A stretch of DNA of 32,000 bases from Candidatus Saccharimonadota bacterium. Its GTDB lineage: Bacteria; Patescibacteriota; Microgenomatia; UBA1406; GWC2-37-13. The translations under genes and the position numbers were made by a program. Of the stretch, positions 16,674-27,199 are shown in pieces. The notes under the pieces are model-generated. The model did no database searches. It was given only the letters and a program-made list of their open reading frames with translations, and was not told the origin of the DNA. Each line of letters begins with the position of its first letter. The first letter of the stretch is position 1. Location: positions 630,001 through 662,000 of the forward strand of contig CP065004.1 of assembly GCA_016700135.1 (NCBI GenBank), read 5' to 3'.

Positions 16674-18098
16674 ATGAGGGGGTTGATTAGTTTTTTTCTT
16701 ATCGTAGTTGTCTTATTAATACCGACGAAGGTGTTGTCCGATGATCGGTATGCTGAGTGTGATTCATGTGGGTACTGTCAGGGAAGAGAAGTACCGGAGA
16801 ACTGGAACTCATGTATCGAATGCTTATATCCTACGATTGCCGCAACTCATCCGCAAGCCTCAGACAATAAAACTCTTCTGATCGAAACTGAACGTTCTTC
16901 CGACAACTTCAACAAGCCGCCGCAACCAGCAAGAGGGAAATATTTTTCTCAACTGGGATGCATAGATACCGGAGTGGCATCTTTTACCGATCCTTCAGCG
17001 GGAGGAGGAGTTCTCAATTTTTTTCTGAATAATCTCATTTATCCCACGGTAGGAACTCTTTCTTTTGTGACAATAGTATATGCTGCTTACCTTATGATGA
17101 CATGTCAGAATGACCCGAGTCAGTGTCAAAAGGGGAAAAGACTGTTGTATGGTGCAGCCGTCGGATTGACATTTACGCTGAGTTCAGTCTTTGTCGTCAA
17201 TACGTTGGGGTACACTGTACTGCGGGTACCTCAATTTCTCGAAGGTACCCCGACACCTACACCCACAAATACTCCCACACCCACGCCCACTCCGACGAAT
17301 ACACCTACACCGACCAATACGCCTACTCCCTCAAATACACCGACCCCGACAAACACTCCCACACCCCGGCCTCCCACCCCGACATTCACTCCGAGTCCCA
17401 CAAGGACGCCGACTCCGACCCGCACACCAACTCCGACTCTCACTCCCACACCGACAACACAAATGTGTATGGGCGTACAACACTGCACAAAGGGTTCATC
17501 TACCTATTTCGCATATTGCGGTAATTGTACTGGTGCCGGCTGCTCTCCCGGATTTGCCTGTCCGCAACCCGGTTATACTTGCGTAACCTATCCTGACAGG
17601 GTATTCTTTTTTGATACTGTGTATCCGGTGCCGTGTAATATTATTGCCACTCCCACACCCACTTTTACTCCTACACCTCCTCCTTCAAGAATAGATATCG
17701 TGGCAGGCGCACAATGCACGAGCCCTCAGCCTCCTGCGTCCACAGGACTCACATCGTGTCCTCATATGAAAATCCGCGTTTCAGATAACTTGACGGAATT
17801 CAGATATACACAGGAATTTCTTGTGACCGGTCCCGTAAATCGGGTTCCCAATGCAGGGGAATTCCGTACGTATACATTCACGTTACCAAGTCATCTGCCG
17901 TTGTCACGTATGCATGTTGAGGTAATTTTTGAAGATGATTATTTTGACGGTACTCTAGACAAAAATCTATTTATCCGCTCAGCGACTTATGACGGATATA
18001 CATGTAAAAAAGGAAACTACGCAGGTAATATTCAAACCATTCCGCCCGATGTAGGAATGTTCTGGAACGGCACTCTGACGTGTGCAGAGTGGCGGTAA
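16674..18098 (+). CDS. Secreted multi-domain protein: Cys-rich N-terminus, TrbC/VirB2-like (T4SS_pilin-like) two-helix domain, Pro/Thr linker, Cys-rich domain, second Pro/Thr linker, C-terminal beta-rich domain
   Basis: I take the start at ATG 16674 ([22 protein letters not shown], signal peptide) because the 16596 start overlaps the divergent GT2 gene. [66 protein letters not shown] has the helix, short polar loop, helix pattern of T4SS-pilin-like proteins common in CPR genomes. Confidence 0.8.
   Translation: MRGLISFFLIVVVLLIPTKVLSDDRYAECDSCGYCQGREVPENWNSCIECLYPTIAATHPQASDNKTLLIETERSSDNFNKPPQPARGKYFSQLGCIDTGVASFTDPSAGGGVLNFFLNNLIYPTVGTLSFVTIVYAAYLMMTCQNDPSQCQKGKRLLYGAAVGLTFTLSSVFVVNTLGYTVLRVPQFLEGTPTPTPTNTPTPTPTPTNTPTPTNTPTPSNTPTPTNTPTPRPPTPTFTPSPTRTPTPTRTPTPTLTPTPTTQMCMGVQHCTKGSSTYFAYCGNCTGAGCSPGFACPQPGYTCVTYPDRVFFFDTVYPVPCNIIATPTPTFTPTPPPSRIDIVAGAQCTSPQPPASTGLTSCPHMKIRVSDNLTEFRYTQEFLVTGPVNRVPNAGEFRTYTFTLPSHLPLSRMHVEVIFEDDYFDGTLDKNLFIRSATYDGYTCKKGNYAGNIQTIPPDVGMFWNGTLTCAEWR
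17247..17459 (+). repeat. Coding low-complexity tandem repeat (ACN-CCN)n that encodes a Pro/Thr linker of about 71 aa. A second short linker lies at 17649-17687.
   Basis: It translates as [70 protein letters not shown]. It also generates spurious ORFs in the other frames and on the opposite strand. Confidence 0.9.
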
Positions 18099-18135
18099 TA
18101 TTCTCACTCTTTTATGTTACACTGATATTCCTGGT

Positions 18136-18564
18136 ATGCACATCAGACACATCTATACTCCGGATCAGAGTTTATCTGTTCAATTGCCGTATTTCACGAC
18201 CGGTATTCAGGCCGGGTTTCCTTCACCTGCAGACGACTTTGTTGATACAAAACTTGATCTGAATGAATATCTTGTGAAACATCCGGCCGCAACATTTTTT
18301 GTAAGGGTGAGCGGTGATTCAATGACAGGGGCGGGTATTTATGACAATGACATACTGATTGTGGACCGGAGTCTGGAAGCCCGTCAGGGTATGATCATTA
18401 TTGCTGCGCTTGACGGAGAGCTGACGGTGAAGCGTCTGAAAAAAAGGGGAGACACTATAATTCTTTCTCCTGAGAATGAACGGTACGAACCGATTGTTGT
18501 GACTGAAGAAGCTGATTTTTCTGTTTGGGGAGTGGTGACTGCTGTTATTCATAAACCCTCTTGA
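18136..18564 (+). CDS. umuD: UmuD-like S24 self-cleaving peptidase (SOS mutagenesis protein)
   Basis: IQAGFPSPADDFVD..LDLNEYLVKHPAATFFVRVSGDSMTGAGIYDNDILIVDRS...LDGELTVKRLKK aligns almost residue for residue with E. coli UmuD (VQCGFPSPAADYVE...ASGDSM...FTVKKL). The Ala-Gly cleavage site and the Ser/Lys dyad are present. I take the start at ATG 18136 to avoid overlap with the upstream gene. Confidence 0.9.
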   Translation: MHIRHIYTPDQSLSVQLPYFTTGIQAGFPSPADDFVDTKLDLNEYLVKHPAATFFVRVSGDSMTGAGIYDNDILIVDRSLEARQGMIIIAALDGELTVKRLKKRGDTIILSPENERYEPIVVTEEADFSVWGVVTAVIHKPS

Positions 18565-18639
18565 CCGTTTCGGGGAGGAATATTCAGCATTTTTTAGAAA
18601 CTTTTAAACGTTCGGAATTTATAACTTTATAACAGAATT

Positions 18640-19839
18640 ATGTATAAACCTTCAGATGAGATACTTAAAAAATATGCGGACGTATTAATTAAGTTTGCGT
18701 TACGGGATGGTAAAGGAGTCCAAAAAGGAGATGTTGTGATGCTTCAGGTTCCTGAGAGTGCCAAACCGATGCTCATTCCCTTACAAACTGCCGTTCTTGA
18801 AACGGGAGCATATCCCATGATTCATTATATTCCGGAAGGGGTTTCACGATCATACTTTGAACAAGCTTCGGAAGATCAGATTCTCTGGCAGCCGAAGGAG
18901 TATCTTCTGGAACGGGTAAAAACAGTGACTCACTTTGTCAGTCTTATCTCAACAGATGATAAATTTGAGTTAAAAGGGATCGACAGCCAAAAGATTATGG
19001 CAGCAAATAAATCAGTTAAGTTTTATATGGATGCCCGACACGAGAAAGAAAATGCAGGGAAACTGACATGGACGCTTGCTCTTTACGGGACTCAGGCTAT
19101 GGCGAATGAGGCAAAGCTTTCGGTAGAAGAATATTGGAAAGAAATTATACAGGCCTGTTTCCTGGATATGCCTGATCCGATTGCACAGTGGAAAGAGGTT
19201 TTTGCCAGCATTGAGCAAACGCAGAATTGGCTCAATGCTATGGAAATAGAATCACTTCATATTGAAGGGCAGGATATCGATTTGCAGGTAAAGCTGGGAA
19301 AAAACCGTAAATGGCTCGGAGGCAGCGGCAGAAATATCCCGTCATTTGAGGCTTTTATTACTCCTGATTGGCGGGGGACAAACGGACGCATTTCATTTAA
19401 CCAGCCTCTCTATCGATACGGCAATTTGATCACCGGTATAGAGCTTGAATTTAAAGACGGGTTGGTCGTTTCAGCAAAGGCTGATACTAATGAAAAGTTG
19501 CTGACTGATATGATTGCGGTCGAAGGTGCGAATAAAATCGGAGAATACAGTCTGACTGATAAACGTCTCAGCAGAATCTCTCACTTCATGGCAGAAACGC
19601 TTTTTGATGAAAATATGGGAGGTCCTTACGGAAATACTCATCTGGCATTGGGCATGGGATACAAAGACAGTTATGTCGGAGACCCCAGTACACTTACTGA
19701 GGAACAGTGGGAAGAAATGGGTTTCAATGACAGTGCCGTCCATACCGATATCATTTCCACCACTGATCGTACTGTTACTGCACGGTTACCGTCCGGAGAA
19801 AAGAAAATTATATATCGTGACGGTATGTTTACCTTGTGA
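18640..19839 (+). CDS. M29-family aminopeptidase (AmpS/PepS/aminopeptidase T-like)
   Basis: 399 aa. N-terminal KYADVLIKFALRDGKGVQKGDVVMLQ and C-terminal VEGANKIGEYSLTD...ETLFDENMGGPYGNTHLALGMGY match the M29 pattern. Confidence 0.8.
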   Translation: MYKPSDEILKKYADVLIKFALRDGKGVQKGDVVMLQVPESAKPMLIPLQTAVLETGAYPMIHYIPEGVSRSYFEQASEDQILWQPKEYLLERVKTVTHFVSLISTDDKFELKGIDSQKIMAANKSVKFYMDARHEKENAGKLTWTLALYGTQAMANEAKLSVEEYWKEIIQACFLDMPDPIAQWKEVFASIEQTQNWLNAMEIESLHIEGQDIDLQVKLGKNRKWLGGSGRNIPSFEAFITPDWRGTNGRISFNQPLYRYGNLITGIELEFKDGLVVSAKADTNEKLLTDMIAVEGANKIGEYSLTDKRLSRISHFMAETLFDENMGGPYGNTHLALGMGYKDSYVGDPSTLTEEQWEEMGFNDSAVHTDIISTTDRTVTARLPSGEKKIIYRDGMFTL

Positions 19840-19877
19840 GGCCTGAGCCTGTTGAGAGTTTTAATTAAGATACGGTT

Positions 19878-21173
19878 ATGAGTCTCTATGCTGTTATCGA
19901 TTGCAATAATTTCTTCGTATCCTGCGAACGGGTATTCCGTCCGGATCTTGAAGGTCAACCAGTTGTTGTCCTATCCAATAATGACGGTTGTGCCATTTCC
20001 CGTTCGGATGAAGCAAAAAAGCTGGGAATTCCCATGGGTGCACCAGCGTTTAAGTACGAGGACATTTTTAAGAAACACAATGTGTGTGTTTTCTCTGCTA
20101 ACTTTTCTCTCTATGGAGATATTTCACAGCGGGTGATGAAAACGATTGCAACAGGAGCACAACAGATGGAAATTTATTCTATTGATGAAGCTTTTATCAC
20201 CTATGACGGTATGTCTACAGATCAGGCGCTGAAATCGGCTCGCATATTACGAAAAAAAATACTCCAAAATGTCGGAGTACCGGTCTCCATCGGGATTGCT
20301 CCGACAAAAACACTGGCAAAAGTAGCAAACGAAACTGCAAAGCACAACAGCCGTACGGGTATAAATAAGGATGGAGTGTATGCCATTGAACCAAGCAAAG
20401 ATCATCATGAATTGAGGGGAATTCCGGTAGGAGATATCTGGGGGATCGGCAGAAAGCTAAGTATCTTTCTTAATAGTCACGGTATCTTTACTGCCGATCA
20501 ACTTGCCGAATGTGAAGACAAATGGGTCAAGAAATACCTTACCATTTCAGGATTGAAAACGGTGCGTGAACTTCGCGGGATTGAATCCATTGCCTTTGAA
20601 GAGGTGTATCCTGCAAAAAAATCGATCATCAGTTCGAAATCTTTTGGACGGCCTGTAACTTCACGTCAGGAAGTAAATGAAGCAGTCGCAAATTTCACGA
20701 CCAGAGCTGCCGAAAAACTGAGGGAAGAAAAAGAGGTCGCCACCCATCTCGGGGTAGCTATCACAACCAATTATCATAACAAACATGATAAGCAATACTA
20801 TGAATCGCGCTCCATACGTTTACTGCAACCAACTTCACATACTCCTGATTTGATATCGGCCGCTGTCAGTATCCTTGACAGTATATTTAAAGAAGGCTAC
20901 AGGTATAAAAAAGCGACGGTTTTTCTCTTCGGATTGTATGATGAAAACGCTGTTCAGCAGGGTTTCTTTTCCAATACTCTTCCCTGGGATTGTGAGACAG
21001 GCCCGATGAAAAAGAAACAGCTGATGCGGGTGGTCGATGAATTGAATACTGAATTAGGAAGCGGTACGCTTCATTTCGCAAGGGAAGGGGTAAATAAAAA
21101 ATGGCATCAGAGGCGTAAAAAAGTTTCACCGCGTTATACTACTAAATGGAAGGAATTACCTCGGGTAAGCTGA
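19878..21173 (+). CDS. umuC: Y-family translesion DNA polymerase, UmuC-like (Pol V catalytic subunit)
   Basis: [56 protein letters not shown] closely parallels E. coli UmuC ([48 protein letters not shown]). SIDEAF is also present. Confidence 0.9.
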   Translation: [431 protein letters not shown]

Positions 21174-21219
21174 GTTTCCGATTGAAATACTCCCTGAATT
21201 CCCGCTATACTTCGGATAT

Positions 21220-21705
21220 ATGTTTGAAATCATGCTTCGTCATGCCGTTTGGAGTTATCTATCGGAAACACAGAAAGATCTCATTAAAGAAGGCAATTTT
21301 CTTGCCCGGGCTTTAGAAAACAGACGATTTAAAGATTATTCTTTTCTGGTTTTCCCATATGCGAAAGCATATGAAGGATATTTGAAACAACTTTTTCTTG
21401 ACGTCGAATATATCTCTCATTTAGATTATATTTCCGATCATTTTCGACTCGGTAAATATCTCTCCCCACACCTGATTCACCGGCTTCAGGAGCGGTCGAT
21501 TTATGCTCAAATTCGAGAGCATTCGACCGAAGACATGGCCAAAGCGATTTGGGATATGTGGAATAAAGGCAGAAATCAGGTTTTTCATTACTATCCTCAC
21601 AACCTGAGACGCATAGAATTGCATGAAGCTCATGAATTAAATGAGGATTTTATCCGGGTCATGATGGAGGCGTACGAAAAACTACGAAAAAACAGGCAGA
21701 CATAA
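21220..21705 (+). CDS. Hypothetical 161-aa protein carrying an R-N-x-x-x-H (HEPN-like) motif
   Basis: The ORF starts 46 nt after umuC. KGRNQVFHYYPH is encoded at 21571-21588 in the C-terminal third of a small protein whose composition looks mostly helical. The HEPN assignment rests on the motif and size only. Confidence 0.6.
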   Translation: MFEIMLRHAVWSYLSETQKDLIKEGNFLARALENRRFKDYSFLVFPYAKAYEGYLKQLFLDVEYISHLDYISDHFRLGKYLSPHLIHRLQERSIYAQIREHSTEDMAKAIWDMWNKGRNQVFHYYPHNLRRIELHEAHELNEDFIRVMMEAYEKLRKNRQT

Positions 21706-21939
21706 GAACAGTAATCTGAAAGGAGAGATTTTTAAGTATTATATTATTACAGAGCCTCAAACTTCTACCACTTGAATTAATAGCTTTTCGTCACGTTCTG
21801 AATTTTTCAACATAAAAAACTCTCCGAAATTACTATTTTGTGTAAAAAAAAAGAACAGAGAAATTCTACGTTAGAACAGGGAAAGAGATAATAGCTTTGT
21901 GGTGCGACAGAAGAGAGAAAAGATTATGAACAGAAATAG

Positions 21940-24508
<2,569 letters not shown>

Positions 24509-24530
<22 letters not shown>

Positions 24531-25984
24531 AGAGCCATAATCTCCGGTGAATCTTTTAATGTAATGAGAAATTTCGAGATGGATTGTGCATCTGTAAGTG
24601 ATTCAATTTTTTTTCTGTTACCTTCTTTCGAGTAAAGGTCCAGCAAACCGGCAAGAAGATTTACATATTCCGTTTCTGATGAGAAGTCAGCAACACCGAG
24701 CCAAACAAGCCCGAACAAAATAATTTGAATATCCCGGGGGATAATTCTCTTTTCCTGCTGAAGGATGACATTTAAAGCCTTCCCTTTCTCCAGTGTCCTT
24801 TTTGATTCATCGGAAAGCTCACTTCCAAGATGAGCAATATTCTGAAGTTTTGTGTATTGTGATAACGTTGACAGGATTTCTACATTTATCGATCGCAAAA
24901 AATCACTCTGAGTCTGGCGTCCCACACGGGTCACAGACAAAGGAATATTAATTGCCGGGCGTTGTCCTTTATTGTAGATATCAACGTCAAAGAGGATATG
25001 TCCGTCAGTCATACCCATAAGATTGGTTGAGATATAACCGGTGATATCTCCTTCGACTGTTGAGGCAATTGGTAAACAGGTGATTGCCACAGATTTTTTC
25101 TTAGTATGTTTGAAATTGCCGGCTCTTTCTAGCAAACTGGCATGAGCAAAAAAGATGTCACCCGGATAAGATTCACGTCCGGGAAATCTACGGCTCAGGA
25201 GTGAAATTTCACGATAACTCTGGGCATGTGTCGAGAGATCATCAAGAATCAGTACTACATCATTTCCCAGGTCCTTATAGTATTCTGCGATAGTCATGGC
25301 TGCATAAGGGGTCAGATAAATAATACTCGGACTGTCTGATGCCGATGATGCCACCACGACGGAGTTCTGTAAAATATTATTCGTTTTTAGGTAAGTCGAA
25401 AGCTGATTGATTTCACTGTTTCTTTTTCCGATAGCTGCATACACCGTAATGGTATTTGGTTGTTTTACTTGTGTTTCCAAAATGGAGAGAACCAAAGAAG
25501 TTTTTCCGGTTTTCACGTCTCCCAGAATGAGTTCTCGCTGGCCTTTGCCAAGAGGTAAAAGAAGATCTACTTTCAAAACTCCCGTGAGAAATGGCTGATC
25601 AATTTTGTTTCGGCCGTCAATTCCGGGGGCAGGCGTAAAAAGAGGTCTGCGTTCCTGTTCTTCAAATGTATTTTCATTCAGGCCGAGAGGGATACCGAGA
25701 GGATTAATCATAGAACCGAGTAGTTTGGGGCCAAGCGGAATACTGATCGGTTCTGATGTACGGGTAACTTTCGTATGAATGGGCAGCGGTGAGTTTGAAA
25801 AAAGAAGTGCATGTACCTGTTGCTCATCGATATCTAGAATCTGACCTTTTTGTCCTTGTTCGAAAATAATGGTTTCGTTCGGACGTACTTCCGGCAATCC
25901 TTCTATTGTGACCAGAGGATGACGCATTTCTTTTACTTTTCCGTATACGCCTGTTTTTTTCAAATACTCCTGATAAAGATCCAT
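24509..25984 (-). CDS. atpA: F1 ATP synthase alpha subunit
   Basis: GQRELILGDVKTGKTSLVL (Walker A), VYAAIGKRNSEI, VVLILDDLSTHAQSYREISLLSRRFPGRESYPGDIFFAHASLLERA. Confidence 0.97.
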
Positions 25985-25985
25985 A

Positions 25986-26462
25986 TTAGTTCGGTTTTTT
26001 TAGAAATGTATTAAGACCTTCCTGCAAACTCAGATTAGTGATCTCTCCGTTATAGCCTATAACGGCACCTGCCACGAGTGAGGGATCAATCTGCAGATTT
26101 AGGATAATATGCGGCTCAATTTCACTCCGCCACCATTTAAGGATGCCTTTCAACTGTTCATAGGTCGGGTGAAAAGCAAGGGTGATATCGACCTTTGGGG
26201 CTTTCTTCAGCATATTTATAATATCTGTTAAAAAAGGATTACTGCTTTCTCCGTCTCGAAGCTTTATGTTATTCTCTTCAGCTAGCTCCAGTATCGCATT
26301 GGTAATGTTGTAGGGGAGGTAGGTATCAAGAACCGACATAATATCCTTATTTTTATCATAACTTGCATCAAGCGCATGCTGCAGTGCATTGATACAAGCG
26401 TTACATTGCTCAGATGTATAAATGAGGTCAAATAGACCTTCATATGATTTCTGGTCACTCAT
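25986..26462 (-). CDS. atpH: F1 ATP synthase delta (OSCP) subunit, divergent
   Basis: It sits between atpF and atpA. The C-terminal LQIDPSLVAGAVIGYNGEITNLSLQEGLNTF matches the OSCP C-terminal pattern (vDpsliGG..v..g....D.S....L). Confidence 0.7.
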   Translation of the reverse strand: MSDQKSYEGLFDLIYTSEQCNACINALQHALDASYDKNKDIMSVLDTYLPYNITNAILELAEENNIKLRDGESSNPFLTDIINMLKKAPKVDITLAFHPTYEQLKGILKWWRSEIEPHIILNLQIDPSLVAGAVIGYNGEITNLSLQEGLNTFLKKPN

Positions 26463-26464
26463 AA

Positions 26465-27172
26465 TTAAGACGAACGTGAATGATTTTTCTTGAATTTATC
26501 CAAGGCTTTGAATAGAATATTCTCCTGATTCTCTTTTGTCATTCCGGTACTAAAGTAATCAGAAATGTACTGCTTGATGACTGACTCAGCATGTTCATCT
26601 ATCTTTTCGAACATTCTGTTCCTGTAGTCATTGATTTCGCGGCTTACATCCTCAATCTGTTTTTCGGCGTTGTCCTTCATTTGTTGAAGGATTGCAATTA
26701 TTTCTTTATGAAGACCGTCCCGGAATGCAGTTTGGTGTTCACGTGCTTCGTGCTGCAGGTTGGCGAACAATGTCTGAGTCTCTCCCTGGTATTGCTCGAC
26801 CAGCTGACCGTATGTCTCTTTGAATTTCTCAACAATTGCTCCTTTTTGAATGTCAAGTTGATTCTGTGCGGTGTATGTGGTGTCTTCAACCAGTTTATTG
26901 AGTTTTGATTCCACTAATTGTTTTGTTGCAGATGCATCAGAAACGATGTCTTTTGCTTTCTTCGTTGCTTTTTCAATAATTTCTGTTGATCTTAGTTCTG
27001 CCTGTTTAATGATTTGCACCATTTGATCTTCAATTTCCTGTTGCTCTTTCGGTTTCAGTTTCCCTTTTTGAATTACGACTATAAGAAATATCGCTAAAAC
27101 AAAGTTAAGAATAAGGCTCACAACAGGAAGCCAAAATAGAACGGGTAACAGTGAATCAACAGTAATATTCAT
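26465..27172 (-). CDS. atpF: Fo ATP synthase b subunit (long, 235 aa)
   Basis: A single N-terminal TM helix (LPVLFWLPVVSLILNFVLAIFLIVVI) is followed by a long charged coiled-coil region. It lies immediately upstream of atpH. Confidence 0.75.
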   Translation of the reverse strand: MNITVDSLLPVLFWLPVVSLILNFVLAIFLIVVIQKGKLKPKEQQEIEDQMVQIIKQAELRSTEIIEKATKKAKDIVSDASATKQLVESKLNKLVEDTTYTAQNQLDIQKGAIVEKFKETYGQLVEQYQGETQTLFANLQHEAREHQTAFRDGLHKEIIAILQQMKDNAEKQIEDVSREINDYRNRMFEKIDEHAESVIKQYISDYFSTGMTKENQENILFKALDKFKKNHSRSS

Positions 27173-27199
27173 ACTAAGACAACAACTAATAAATGGGTC

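Noticed and set aside
17123-17586. Three overlapping ORFs (17123-17524, 17191-17586, 17231-17488 on the minus strand) and the possibility of a CRISPR-like or tandem DNA repeat
   Set aside because: They are alternative-frame and antisense readings of the (ACN-CCN)n Pro/Thr-linker coding repeat. There is no repeat-spacer periodicity, and the in-frame context belongs to a single 475-aa protein.
18099-18135. SOS (LexA) box upstream of umuD, and also upstream of the M29 gene and umuC
   Set aside because: I could find no CTGT-N8-ACAG or GAAC-N4-GTTC type palindrome. The tandem tttataac-tttataac at 18618-18633 is AT-rich promoter-like sequence and not a dyad.
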